Part shown: piece by piece, positions 45,396-55,376 of the stretch | Numbering within the stretch: position 1 is the first letter of the stretch | How the letters are laid out: each line of letters starts with the position of its first letter | Assembly (NCBI GenBank): GCA_030066595.1 | Contig: JASJBI010000023.1 | Location: 85,717-149,716 of the forward strand | Reading direction: 5' to 3' | DNA: 64,000 nucleotides | Origin: Alphaproteobacteria bacterium | GTDB lineage: Bacteria; Pseudomonadota; Alphaproteobacteria; JAJFFI01 | The notes under the pieces: generated by a model | Seen by the model: the letters and a program-made list of their open reading frames with translations, nothing else | What the model was told of the DNA's origin: nothing | The model's database searches: none | Program-made: the position numbers and the translations under genes

Positions 45396-46192
45396 TGCCT
45401 GAACTGACTTACGCGCCCTATGTCTTCGTCGTCCTGCTGCTCGCCATTCTGGCGGTCTCGCTCAAGATCCTGCGCGAGTACGAGCGCGGTGTGATCTTTT
45501 TGTTGGGCCGGTTCTGGAAGGTCAAGGGGCCCGGGCTGATCATCGTCATCCCGGTGATCCAGCAGATTGTGCGGGTCGATCTGCGCACGCGCGTCCTCGA
45601 TGTGCCCGAGCAGGACGTGATCTCCCGCGACAACGTCTCGGTGAAGGTCAACGCGGTGGTGTATTTCCGCGTCATCGACCCGCAGAAATCGATCATTCAG
45701 GTCGAGGATTTCCACGCCGCCACCAGCCAACTGGCCCAGACCACGCTGCGGTCGGTGCTCGGCCAACACGAGCTCGACGAAATGCTGGCCGCGCGGGAGC
45801 GGCTCAACGACCACATCCAGAAGATCCTGGATGCGCAAACAGACGCCTGGGGGATCAAGGTCTCCAATGTCGAGCTCAAGCATGTCGACCTGGACGAGAG
45901 CATGATCCGCGCCATCGCCAAGCAGGCGGAGGCGGAGCGCGTGCGCAGGGCCAAGATCATCAACGCGGAGGGCGAGCTGCAGGCGGCGGAGAAACTCTTG
46001 CAGGCGGCGGAGATCATCGCCCAGGAGCCCGAGGCGCTGCAGCTTCGTTATTTCGGCGCGCTGCACGATATCGCCAGCGAGCGCACGTCGACGATCGTAT
46101 TTCCCCTGCCCATCGACATCCTGAGCGCCTTCCGACGGCTTGGCGGCAAAGCTGCGGGAGAGGAATCAGGTGGCGCGCCTGCCGGAGAATAG
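45392..46192 (+). CDS. SPFH/band-7 (stomatin-like) protein
   Basis: N-terminal TM then SPFH domain ([34 protein letters not shown]); ATGA overlap with nfeD. Confidence 0.85.
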   Translation: MMPELTYAPYVFVVLLLAILAVSLKILREYERGVIFLLGRFWKVKGPGLIIVIPVIQQIVRVDLRTRVLDVPEQDVISRDNVSVKVNAVVYFRVIDPQKSIIQVEDFHAATSQLAQTTLRSVLGQHELDEMLAARERLNDHIQKILDAQTDAWGIKVSNVELKHVDLDESMIRAIAKQAEAERVRRAKIINAEGELQAAEKLLQAAEIIAQEPEALQLRYFGALHDIASERTSTIVFPLPIDILSAFRRLGGKAAGEESGGAPAGE

Positions 46193-46316
46193 GCGGCACG
46201 AGACAGGCAGGCCGGAAAGGGCCAGAGCAAGAGAGGGCCGAAGTGCTGGCGGAGGGGCTCTGGTGCCATCACGACCGGTTCACGAATTGCAAACGGAGAT
46301 GGGCTAGGGTAAGCCT

Positions 46317-47804
46317 ATGAATCCGGCCGATATCCTTGCCGAGCACGCGCGCACCAGACCCGACCACCCGGCCATCGAGGACGGCGACCGGATCGTCAAT
46401 TACGGTGAATTGAACGACCGCGTCGCAAGCGCGGCCGCCAACCTGCAACGCGCCGGGATCGAGCCCGGAGACATCGTCGGCATCATGCTGCCGGACTCGG
46501 CCGACTACCTGATCACGCTTTGCGCCGTGGCGAATGCCGGCGCGGTTACCTTCGCGATCGATCCCCAGCTACCGCCCAGGGAGAAGGAGTGCAGCCTGGT
46601 TGACGTGCCCGTGAAGGCGATCATCGCGCAGGCGGATGCGCAACCCGTGCCCAATGTCACCCGTCTTCCGCTCGACCGGGTGGTGCGGCCGCAAGCGGAG
46701 AACCCAGAGCCATTCGTCGCGCCGAACCTCCAGCCAGACCATCCGCATACCTTCGTCCAAACGTCAGGCACAACCGGCAATCCAAAGCGGCTCCTCTTGA
46801 GCCATGCCCAAAGAGCCGACTTCATAGAGCGCAACATGCGTACGGAAGGTTGGGTTTCGACCGACCGGTACCTGGCCGTCGTGCAGATGACATTCAGCAT
46901 CGGACGCGTGAGCTGTATCGGCATGCTCCATATCGGTGCAACGGTGGTCATCAACTCTGCAACCTCCGCCGCAGAGTTGGTCTCCCGGGTACAAGATCAG
47001 CGGATCACGATCCTACGCCTGACATCCGCCCATCTGCGCGGACTGCTCGACCACGCCGCTCACCGTTCTGCGGATGACCTGCCCCTGTTCCCGAACCTGC
47101 GTATGCTGGCCGTGACCGCGGCGCCGACCGCGCACGAACTGCGTCTGCTCGTGCGAACATCTCTAACACCGAATTTGCTCGAGCGATACGGAACCAACGA
47201 AATCGGGGTTGTCGCGGTGTCGGCACCCCCCGACCAGGACGCTTACCCGGACTCGCTTGGGCGCGTGATCGACGGTATCCAAGCGCAGGTCGTGGATGCC
47301 AACGACCAGCCCTTGCCCTCGGGCCAGGCCGGCTTGATTGGATTTCGCGGACCGAGATTGCCAACCGAGTATTATCGAAATGCGGAAGCGACCGCCCAGT
47401 GTTTTCGAGATGGCTGGTTCTATCCCGGCGATCTGGCCGCCTTGAACGAAGACGGCTACGTGTTCTTCAAGGGTCGGGCGGATGACGTCATCAACAACCA
47501 AGGCGCCAAGTTCTATCCCGTCGAAATCGAGACCGTTCTGTTGTCGCATCCGGCCGTGACGGAGGCGGCGGTCTTCGGCTGGCCGCATAAGCAGTTTGGA
47601 GAGTGCGCAGTGGCCGTCGTCGTAGCCAAGGCGCAGATCACGGCTGAGGCGCTGGCCCAGTTCTGCCGGGAACGTATTGCCGCATACAAGGTGCCGGTCT
47701 GGATCATGTTTGTGTCGGCGATGCCCAAGAACCCGATGGGCAAGATCGTCAAGGCCCGGCTCAGAGAGATGTTCCGAGGGCAAACGGCCCGGCAGTCGGA
47801 ATGA
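46317..47804 (+). CDS. adenylate-forming (ANL) acyl-CoA ligase, paralog 1 of 3
   Basis: TSGTTGNPK, GWFYPGDLAAL, DGYVFFKGRADD, AYKVPVWIMFVSAMPKNPMGKIVK; 495 aa. Confidence 0.85.
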   Translation: MNPADILAEHARTRPDHPAIEDGDRIVNYGELNDRVASAAANLQRAGIEPGDIVGIMLPDSADYLITLCAVANAGAVTFAIDPQLPPREKECSLVDVPVKAIIAQADAQPVPNVTRLPLDRVVRPQAENPEPFVAPNLQPDHPHTFVQTSGTTGNPKRLLLSHAQRADFIERNMRTEGWVSTDRYLAVVQMTFSIGRVSCIGMLHIGATVVINSATSAAELVSRVQDQRITILRLTSAHLRGLLDHAAHRSADDLPLFPNLRMLAVTAAPTAHELRLLVRTSLTPNLLERYGTNEIGVVAVSAPPDQDAYPDSLGRVIDGIQAQVVDANDQPLPSGQAGLIGFRGPRLPTEYYRNAEATAQCFRDGWFYPGDLAALNEDGYVFFKGRADDVINNQGAKFYPVEIETVLLSHPAVTEAAVFGWPHKQFGECAVAVVVAKAQITAEALAQFCRERIAAYKVPVWIMFVSAMPKNPMGKIVKARLREMFRGQTARQSE

Positions 47805-47871
47805 GCCCGGTAGAACCAGCCCGGCGCAAGCGGCCTGGCCCGGCTCAAGCGACGATCACGGATCCCCTGCA

Positions 47872-49356
47872 ATGAACCTCGCGGATATCCTGAGCCGTCA
47901 TGCGGAGACCCGCCCGGACCGCCCGGCCATCGAGGACGGCGATCGGACGATCACGTATGGGGAGCTCGATGTCCGCGTGACCGACGCGGCAGCACGGCTG
48001 CAGGCGGCCGGGGTGCGGTCAGGCGACGTCGTCGGCGTCATGCTGCCGGACTCGGCCGACCATTTGATCGTGCTCTGGGCACTCGCGCGGGCCGGCGGCG
48101 TGGCGCTCTCGCTCAATGCGGCACTGCCGATGACTGAGAAGCTCCGAAGTGTCGCCCAGGTCGATGTCACGCACTTGATCACGGATCCGGGCAGCCCTGG
48201 GGTCGGGGATCTGCGCGTTCTGCCGGTACAGGACGTCGTAACCAGCGCGCCGCCAGAGGCAACCGAAACGGCGCCCTTCGTCGCCCCCGCGCTCCGGCCC
48301 GAGGCCCCCGTCACGATGCTGCAGACGTCCGGAACCACGGGCGCCCCGAAACTGATTGTGCGCAGCCACGCGCAGTTCAAGGACTACATCCGGCGAGACC
48401 AGCAGGGCCATGGCTTCACGCCAACCGATCGATACCTGGCCGTGGTCCGGATGTCCTTCTCCTTCGGGCGCGACAGCTGTCTCAGCATGACCTACATCGG
48501 GGCGACGGTCGTCATCGACCGCTCCACTTCCCGGGATGGCCTGATCGCCGCCGTGCGGGAAGAACGGATCACGGCCTTGATCCTCACCCCGGCGCATCTG
48601 CGCGCCCTTCTCGACCACGCCGACGTCGATGGCGTCCTGTTTCCCCAAGTCCGGGCACTGGTCGTGGGCTCGGCGGCAGTCACCTCCGAGGAACGGCTGC
48701 GCGCACGCCTGCGGCTGACACCCAGCCTGCAGGAACGATATGGTCTCAATGAAACCGGGGCCATCGCTGTTGCCGCTCCGGCCGATCAAGACGCCGTGCC
48801 CGACGCCGTGGGGCGATTGCTGGACGGAATCGACGCACAAGTCGTGGATTCCGACGGCCGGCCCTTGCCCACTGGGGAAGTCGGGTTGATCGGCTTCCGT
48901 GGAGCGCACTTTCCGACAGGGTACTTCCGAGACCCGGACGAGACGGCGCGCGCCTTCCGCGACGGTTGGTTCTATCCCAGTGATCTCGCGGCCCTGAACG
49001 ACGATGGATATGTCTTCCTCAAGGGCCGGGCGGACGACGTCATCAGCAACGAAGGCGCCATGTTCTACCCGATCGAAGTGGAGAACGTCCTGCTTATGCA
49101 CCCGGCCGTGGCCGAGGTGGCGGCCTTCGGCTGGCCGCACCCCCGGCAAGGCGAGGTCACGGCGGCGGCGGTCGTAATGAAGTCCGCCATCTCGTTCGAT
49201 GAGCTGTTCCGCCATTGTCAGCAGCACTTGGCGGCATACAAAGTGCCCAAAATGATCCTCGCGGTTCAGGAGATGCCCAAGAACCCGATGGGCAAGATCG
49301 TCAAGGCCCAGCTCAAGGAGCTCTTGCGGAAGGAACTGGCAAAGGATTCTACTTAA
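47872..49356 (+). CDS. adenylate-forming (ANL) acyl-CoA ligase, paralog 2 of 3
   Basis: ORF trimmed to MNLADILSRH (atg 47872); same motif set as paralog 1, near-identical C-terminal third. Confidence 0.85.
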   Translation: MNLADILSRHAETRPDRPAIEDGDRTITYGELDVRVTDAAARLQAAGVRSGDVVGVMLPDSADHLIVLWALARAGGVALSLNAALPMTEKLRSVAQVDVTHLITDPGSPGVGDLRVLPVQDVVTSAPPEATETAPFVAPALRPEAPVTMLQTSGTTGAPKLIVRSHAQFKDYIRRDQQGHGFTPTDRYLAVVRMSFSFGRDSCLSMTYIGATVVIDRSTSRDGLIAAVREERITALILTPAHLRALLDHADVDGVLFPQVRALVVGSAAVTSEERLRARLRLTPSLQERYGLNETGAIAVAAPADQDAVPDAVGRLLDGIDAQVVDSDGRPLPTGEVGLIGFRGAHFPTGYFRDPDETARAFRDGWFYPSDLAALNDDGYVFLKGRADDVISNEGAMFYPIEVENVLLMHPAVAEVAAFGWPHPRQGEVTAAAVVMKSAISFDELFRHCQQHLAAYKVPKMILAVQEMPKNPMGKIVKAQLKELLRKELAKDST

Positions 49357-49483
49357 CCACGAGAGCCGCCCGGTCGGCCATCTTGCCCGTCCCCCGAGCG
49401 GCGCTGGGATCTCCCGGCGCAAACGGGCGAACGGCGAGACGACCGCATCCTGGGAGGCGCCTTAACGCCCAAGAGGGACTACC

Positions 49484-50950
49484 GTGAACATTGCCGATGC
49501 TCTGAGAGATCATGCCCGCGACCGGCCGCACCATCCGGCGATCGAGGACGGCGACCGCGTCATCACCTATGCCGAGCTCGACGCGCTCGTGGACGCGGCG
49601 GCGGCCAATCTGCAGGCCGCCGGCATCGCGCCCGGCGACGTCGTCGGCATGACGCTGCCGGATTCCGCCGAGCACCTCATCATGTTTTGCGCCGCGGCGC
49701 GTGCCGGCGCCGTCATGCTGGCGATCGACAACGCATTGCCGCTGGCCGAGAAACAACGGCTCGTTGCGAACGCGAACCCGCGGGCGCTGATCGCGACGGC
49801 GGGCTCTCAGACGATCGGCGACCTGCCCGTCTTGCCGGTCGGCAAGATCTGTGGGCCGGCAACGTCGGCATTCGAGAGACCGGTCCTCGAGGCGGACCAC
49901 CCGCTCATCATCGCTCAATCGTCGGGAACAACGGGCGTGCCGAAATCCTTCCTGTGGAGTCACGCCCAAATGCATGAGCAGGCTCGTCGGCATCAGAGGT
50001 TCCTCGGCCTGTCGTGGCAGGACCGTTATCTGGCCGTCATCAGGATGAGCTTCGTCTGGGAACGCAAGACCTGTTTGATCTTGTTTTGCCTGGGCGCGAC
50101 GATTGTCGTGAATCACACCCGGTCCGTGGAAGACCTCGTCATGCGCGTGGCCGCGGGCCGGATCACGGTGCTGATCCTGACGCCCGCGCACCTGACGCAC
50201 ATTCTCGGATACCCGTCCGACCAGGCCCCTTTGTTTCCGTCGTTGCGTGTGATGCTCGTGGGCGGCGCGCCGCTCGCGCACCAAGACCGCATTCTGGCGA
50301 AAGAGCGGCTGACGCCGAGTTTCTATGAACAGCTTGGCACCAACGAGACCGGTTTCATGATTCTGTCAACGCCCGCCGACCAGGATGCCCATCCGGATGC
50401 CGTCGGGCGCGTCATCGAGGGAATCGAGGCACAGGTGTTGGACGCGGACGGGCACCCCCTGCCGCCGGGCGACGTGGGGTTGGTCGGCTTCCGCGGTGAG
50501 GTTTTCCCGACCGAATACGTCAACAACCCCAAGGACACGGCGCGCGCCTTCCGCGACGGTTGGTTCTATCCCGGCGATCTCGCCGCCATCGATGCGGATG
50601 GCTACTATTTCTTCAAGGGCCGGGCGGACGACATCATCAGCAACGAAGGCACCAAATTCTACCCGATCGAAGTGGAGAACGTCCTGCTTATGCACCCGGC
50701 CGTGGCCGAGGTGGCGGCCTTCGGCTGGCCGCATCCGGCGCACGGCGAAATGGCCGCGGCGGTGGTCACAACGAAAGCGCCGGTAGGCGCAGAGGAGCTG
50801 GAGCAGTTCTGCCGAGAACGCGTCGCCTATTACAAGGTGCCGGCTTGGATCATGATCGTGTCGGCGATGCCCAGAAACCCGATGGGCAAGATCGTCAAGA
50901 CCCGGCTCAAGGAGATGTTGCGCGCGGAACTCGCCAAGGCTTCGCCCTGA
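49484..50950 (+). CDS. adenylate-forming (ANL) acyl-CoA ligase, paralog 3 of 3
   Basis: GTG start after AGAGGGA; MNIADALRDH...; same motif set. Confidence 0.85.
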   Translation: MNIADALRDHARDRPHHPAIEDGDRVITYAELDALVDAAAANLQAAGIAPGDVVGMTLPDSAEHLIMFCAAARAGAVMLAIDNALPLAEKQRLVANANPRALIATAGSQTIGDLPVLPVGKICGPATSAFERPVLEADHPLIIAQSSGTTGVPKSFLWSHAQMHEQARRHQRFLGLSWQDRYLAVIRMSFVWERKTCLILFCLGATIVVNHTRSVEDLVMRVAAGRITVLILTPAHLTHILGYPSDQAPLFPSLRVMLVGGAPLAHQDRILAKERLTPSFYEQLGTNETGFMILSTPADQDAHPDAVGRVIEGIEAQVLDADGHPLPPGDVGLVGFRGEVFPTEYVNNPKDTARAFRDGWFYPGDLAAIDADGYYFFKGRADDIISNEGTKFYPIEVENVLLMHPAVAEVAAFGWPHPAHGEMAAAVVTTKAPVGAEELEQFCRERVAYYKVPAWIMIVSAMPRNPMGKIVKTRLKEMLRAELAKASP

Positions 50951-50986
50951 CCGGCATTTCGACCTGGGCCGGCCCCGCTGAAACCC

Positions 50987-51460
50987 CTATCCGCCGAGAT
51001 GCAACAGCTCGGGCCGGATCATCCAGGCGACCGTCCAGGCGCCGGCCTCGTCCCGCTCGAGACAGAGCAGGCTGCCCGGCCGGAAGGCCGCAACGGCAGG
51101 CTCCTCCCGTCCCGTCAGCAGCCGGGAGGCGAGCCGCGCCATGAAGGGCAGATGCCCGACCAGCACCGTGTCCTCCGCCATACCCTGCGCCTCCGCCGCG
51201 ATCGGCTCGACCGGATCGTTCGGCGCGAGCCCGGCGGCGGTCTCGATCGCCGCCTGCGGCGCGATGCCGCGGGCCAGCGCCTCGGCCGTCTCGCGCGCCC
51301 GGGTCTTGCCGCTGTGCACCACGCGGTCGGCGCTGACGCCCTGCCGCTCAAGGAACCTGGCCAGCGCCTCCACGTCGGCGCGGCCGGCGCTGGTCAGCGG
51401 CCTGTCCGGGTCGACGTCCTTCGGCGCCGCCTCGCCGTGCTGGACCAGATAGAGCTTCAT
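50987..51460 (-). CDS. histidine-phosphatase superfamily protein (SixA-like phosphohistidine phosphatase)
   Basis: N-terminal catalytic motif LYLVQHGEA (RHG-type His), C-terminal His region (LVGHLP); 157 aa as for SixA. Confidence 0.7.
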   Translation of the reverse strand: MKLYLVQHGEAAPKDVDPDRPLTSAGRADVEALARFLERQGVSADRVVHSGKTRARETAEALARGIAPQAAIETAAGLAPNDPVEPIAAEAQGMAEDTVLVGHLPFMARLASRLLTGREEPAVAAFRPGSLLCLERDEAGAWTVAWMIRPELLHLGG

Positions 51461-51831
51461 GCCAGCGCCTCCACGGTGATCGGGGCGCCGTCCCGCACGG
51501 GCGCCAGCGTGCGCACATCCTCCACCGCCCGGCCCCAGATGTTGGTCGGCGCGGCCAGCCGGATCTCGTCACCGCGCGAGATCGGCGTACGTCCGAAGCC
51601 GATGGCGATCGCGTCGCCCTCGACCCAGAAGGCGAGTTCGCCCGGCTCGACCACGTCGCGCGCGCCTGCCTCCCGGTCGACCTGGACCGGCGTCGAGAAG
51701 TAGACCTCCTCGCCCCAGGTCCGCGCGTCCGACGTGAACGGCAGGCTCTCGTGAATCGCATCCGCCGTCGGCGTCTCGAACAGCTCGGCGGTCAGAACGA
51801 CCGAGCCGATGGTCATCTTGATCTTGCGCAT
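51457..51831 (-). CDS. cyclophilin-like-fold protein (PF04126-type, function unknown)
   Basis: [23 protein letters not shown]...[17 protein letters not shown] resembles the conserved TM1367-like cyclophilin-like family; start chosen at Met8 of the ORF to avoid a 16-nt overlap. Confidence 0.55.
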   Translation of the reverse strand: MRKIKMTIGSVVLTAELFETPTADAIHESLPFTSDARTWGEEVYFSTPVQVDREAGARDVVEPGELAFWVEGDAIAIGFGRTPISRGDEIRLAAPTNIWGRAVEDVRTLAPVRDGAPITVEALA

Positions 51832-51836
51832 GTCGT

Positions 51837-52622
51837 TCAGTCCTCCGACCATTTGGTGCGCATCTTCGGCACGGGCTGGCCGTCGACGAGGATGTCGTCC
51901 ACCCGCTCGTTATAGAAGCACAGATAGCCCTTGATCCGCGGGCATTCCGGGATCGGCTCCGGATAGGTCCAGACGATGTCGTCATAGCTGCGCCCGCCGA
52001 TCCGCGCCGAATAGTAGCTTGCGGTCCCCTTGTAGGGGCACTGCGTGTGGCTGTCGCTCGGGGTCAGGAGATCCATCCGGACATCGTCCGGTGGGATGTA
52101 GTAGCGCGTCGGCAGGCCGGTTTCGAACAGAAAGCGCGCCTGCGTCGTCTCCGCGACCGTCTCGCCGCCGAGCACGACCCGGACCGGCCGGGACGAGTTG
52201 ACCACGTCGACGCGGGAGTAGGGATCGCGTGCGTGCACGAACACCTCTTCGTCCTCCTCGTACCAGTGGTCCATGGGGTCCCAGTAGAAGGCGACATGGC
52301 CCTTGATGGCCGCGACCTGTTCGATCGGCGTCTCATAGCTCCAGGCGGCATTCTCGGCGCTTTTGTCGCCGACCCGCACCGTCCAATAGGAGGCATCGCC
52401 CTTGTAGGGGCAATGCGTACGATGTTCGCTCGGCGCCAGCAGATCCGTACGCACGTCCGTACGCGGAAAATAGTAGACGGGCAAATGCCCGGTCTCGTGC
52501 AGCAGCAACATGTCGGTGCTGTCGGCGACCGTCTCGCCGGCGAAGGCGACCCGCACCCGGCGCGGGCTCGGCTCCACGATCACCCGATGGCCGGGGGCAA
52601 GTGGATCGGCGATCAAGGGCAT
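51837..52622 (-). CDS. tandem DUF427-domain protein
   Basis: Two repeats of the DUF427 pattern ([13 protein letters not shown]..., YYFPxxDVRxDLLxPSxxxTxCPYKGxASYW...). Confidence 0.7.
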   Translation of the reverse strand: MPLIADPLAPGHRVIVEPSPRRVRVAFAGETVADSTDMLLLHETGHLPVYYFPRTDVRTDLLAPSEHRTHCPYKGDASYWTVRVGDKSAENAAWSYETPIEQVAAIKGHVAFYWDPMDHWYEEDEEVFVHARDPYSRVDVVNSSRPVRVVLGGETVAETTQARFLFETGLPTRYYIPPDDVRMDLLTPSDSHTQCPYKGTASYYSARIGGRSYDDIVWTYPEPIPECPRIKGYLCFYNERVDDILVDGQPVPKMRTKWSED

Positions 52623-52655
52623 GGCTTGAACTCCTTGCCTGCGCGACGGGGCAAC

Positions 52656-53537
52656 TCAGGTGCCGACCTTGAGCGGGGCGACAAGCCCGCGCAGCGTCGC
52701 GATCACGCTCAAGGCGGTGATGCGGCCGGTGCGCGGGTTCTCCTCGGTCGGCACGTTCTCGATGGTCATGGTAAAGCGCGCGCTGTCCGCGTCCACGGTG
52801 ATGGTGTGGGTATTCCGGCTGACCCCCGGGTCCGCCCAGATCTCGAGCCGGGTCCGGTCCGGGCCGATGCCGGCCAGGCTCAGCGCCGCGGCCACGTTGA
52901 CATTGGCCGGAAAACCCGCGACGCCGTCCCGCGCCGTCCCCTCGAAGACCTTGCGCGGCTCGGTGAGACCCTCGAGCGAGATGCCCTGGCGCTCCAAGTG
53001 GGGCGCGCCCGCGAGCCCCGAGGGCGGCTTGCGCGTGACCAACGTCACCGAGCGGATCTCGCCTTCGGCGGCCGCGCGCACCGCGTCGAGGCCCAACAGC
53101 GCGCCGGTCGGCGCGACGATGCGGGCACCGGTCTCCCCCGCCAGCGCGACCAGTTCCGGTCGGGCCAGCAGAGCGCCGACGCTGACCGGCAGGAAAATCC
53201 GGCCGGCCCGGATGGCGGGCTCGGCGATCCGGTCGAACACCGCGGCCGGCGCGCACTCGACGACCACCTCGGCGTGCTCGGGGAGGCTCTCGAGGGCCAC
53301 CACCGGGACGGGATTACCGAAATCTTCCAGGCGCCGCCGCGCGTCGTCCACCCGTCGGGCCGAAACTGCCGCCAGGACAAGGCCGGGCACGCCGGCATCG
53401 AGGCGCCGGGCAACGGCCCGCCCGATGGCGCCGAACCCACCCAATGCCACGCGCAGATCGCGCCGCGGTCCCCCATCCGGCTGTTGCTGGCTTTCGCCCA
53501 TGAGCATGCTCTCCACTGATTTCATCGATATCGACAA
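52656..53537 (-). CDS. aspartate dehydrogenase-family (NadX-like) NAD(P)-dependent dehydrogenase
   Basis: Rossmann LGGFGAIGRAVARRL and a C-terminal domain matching the NadX/DUF108 family; exact start (Met1/5/11/13) uncertain. Confidence 0.75.
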   Translation of the reverse strand: MSISMKSVESMLMGESQQQPDGGPRRDLRVALGGFGAIGRAVARRLDAGVPGLVLAAVSARRVDDARRRLEDFGNPVPVVALESLPEHAEVVVECAPAAVFDRIAEPAIRAGRIFLPVSVGALLARPELVALAGETGARIVAPTGALLGLDAVRAAAEGEIRSVTLVTRKPPSGLAGAPHLERQGISLEGLTEPRKVFEGTARDGVAGFPANVNVAAALSLAGIGPDRTRLEIWADPGVSRNTHTITVDADSARFTMTIENVPTEENPRTGRITALSVIATLRGLVAPLKVGT

Positions 53538-53697
53538 GGTCGGGCAATGGTTGGAGCTTATTCTTGGATTAGGCTAGTCTCTCCGCCCGAACAAGCACAA
53601 GGCGCCGGCTGTTTGCAACGGCCGGCCGGGGACAGGGCCGGAATGCCTGGGCCAGGTCCCCGACATTGTCGAAACGTTTGCAGGTGGGAGGCAACGA

Positions 53698-54666
53698 ATG
53701 ACCAAGCGGATGAATGCAGCTTTCATTGCCGCGGCTGCGGCTCTGGCCGTGGTCATTTCCGGCCCAGCCGGAGCGGCGGATATTTCGTGCAGCACGGCCA
53801 AGCTGATCGTGCCGTGGAAACCGGGCGGCGGCACGGACGTGATCTTTCGCGTCATTGCCGAGGCCGTGAACAAGGCCGGCGCGAAGCCCCAGATCCAGGT
53901 CGTCAACATTGCCGGGCAAGGCGGCAACAAGGGTGCCAAGGAGGCCGTAAAGGCCAAGCCAGACGGCTGTACGCTGTTCGCGATCCATCAGAGCGCCATG
54001 ACCAGCTATCTGAACGGCCGCGTCGACTTCACCTGGGACGCGTTCGAGCCGGTCGCGATGGTGACCCACACGCCGTCGATCATCGGCGCCAACAAGGGCG
54101 TGCCCTATGAAGACGTCGCGGGACTGGTGGACAACGCGAAGAAGAACCCGGGCAAGGTTCTGGCCGGCGGCACGCTGGGCTCAACCAGCCATTTCATCTT
54201 TATCCTGTTGGAGGACGCGGCCGGCATCAAGCTCAAGCACATCTCCTATGACGGCACCCGCGAGCGGATGACCGCGCTGTTGGCCGAGAACATCCAGGTC
54301 GGCGAGATCAACGTCACCGCCGCCCAGAAGTACATCGCCAGCAAGGAGCTCAAGGCCTTGGGCATCGCTACCGCGGAGCGGGACCCCCGCGTGTCCGAGG
54401 TCAAGACGCTCAAGGAGCAGGGCATCGACCTGGTGTTCGGCCTGGATCGGGGCGTTATGCTGCCCAAAGGGACTCCGGCGGACATCGTGAAGCACCACGA
54501 GGCGGCCCTGTCCAAGGCGATGAACGACCCGGCCGTGAAGGCCGCGCTCGAGGGCAAGGGCAGTTCCGTGCGCTATCTCGGCAGCGCGGACTACCGCAAG
54601 CATCTGGCCGGCAGCTTCGAGGAGCTCAAGACAGCCGCCATCAAGGTCGGCCTCTACAAGCAATAG
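53698..54666 (+). CDS. tctC: tripartite tricarboxylate transporter substrate-binding protein TctC (Bug family)
   Basis: Signal peptide, Bug-family pattern (VPWKPGGGTDV...), 322 aa. Confidence 0.85.
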   Translation: MTKRMNAAFIAAAAALAVVISGPAGAADISCSTAKLIVPWKPGGGTDVIFRVIAEAVNKAGAKPQIQVVNIAGQGGNKGAKEAVKAKPDGCTLFAIHQSAMTSYLNGRVDFTWDAFEPVAMVTHTPSIIGANKGVPYEDVAGLVDNAKKNPGKVLAGGTLGSTSHFIFILLEDAAGIKLKHISYDGTRERMTALLAENIQVGEINVTAAQKYIASKELKALGIATAERDPRVSEVKTLKEQGIDLVFGLDRGVMLPKGTPADIVKHHEAALSKAMNDPAVKAALEGKGSSVRYLGSADYRKHLAGSFEELKTAAIKVGLYKQ

Positions 54667-54689
54667 TCCCCAGAGCCTCTCTCGAAGCC

Positions 54690-54800
54690 GCCTGACGGCA
54701 CACCCGAGCTCACCCTCGCACTTCGACAGCCTCAGTGTGAGGGTGAGGGATTTCCAGATCCGGACCTCACCCTGAGCTTGTCGAAGGGTGAGGTCAGACG
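54690..54800. repeat. REP/RIME-like palindromic intergenic element (locus 3, tctC-tctB spacer)
   Basis: Two hairpins CTCACCCTCGCAC-N13-GTGTGAGGGTGAG and GACCTCACCCT-N12-AGGGTGAGGTC, the second containing CTGAGCTTGTCGAAG core. Confidence 0.55.
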
Positions 54801-54830
54801 GCCGTCCGAGACCTGCTCCGGCACCATCAC

Positions 54831-55352
54831 GTGAGGGAATCAGGGGGCAGCATTACGGGAACCATGCGGAGTATCCGGCGCGACACGCTGGTCGCCTTGG
54901 GCCTGCTGCTGATCTGCGGCACCTTCTTCGCGGCCAGCTTCGACATCCGCGAGACCAGCTACGCTTCGCTGGGCTCCGAGGTGTGGCCGCGGGTGATCCT
55001 GGCGGTGCTGTTCGTGCTCTCGCTCGCCCTCTTGGCCCAGTCGCTGCGGGTCAAGGACGCGCCCGCACAAGCCGAGCATGCGGGACTCGGCGCCTGGTTC
55101 GCCGCCTACCGCAACCCGCTCTGGTGCTACCTGCTGTTCGGCCTCTATCTCCTCACTCTGCCCTATCTCGGCATGCTGGCCGGCGGCGCGCTGTTCGTGT
55201 TTGCCACCTTGACGGCGATCGGCCGGCGGGATCTGCGCGCGCTCGCCATCAATGCGGTCATCGGCATCGGCATGGTCGGCTTCATGTGGACCGTGTTCCG
55301 CTACGGTCTGAACGTGATCTTGCCCGAAGGCGAGCTGTTCTATGGCTGGTGA
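54831..55352 (+). CDS. tctB: tripartite tricarboxylate transporter TctB-family small membrane protein
   Basis: ~160 aa, 4 TM, sits between tctC and tctA; start possibly MRSIRRD (54864). Confidence 0.7.
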   Translation: MRESGGSITGTMRSIRRDTLVALGLLLICGTFFAASFDIRETSYASLGSEVWPRVILAVLFVLSLALLAQSLRVKDAPAQAEHAGLGAWFAAYRNPLWCYLLFGLYLLTLPYLGMLAGGALFVFATLTAIGRRDLRALAINAVIGIGMVGFMWTVFRYGLNVILPEGELFYGW

Positions 55353-55376
55353 ACCGGGCAGAGATGTGAGGCGCCG

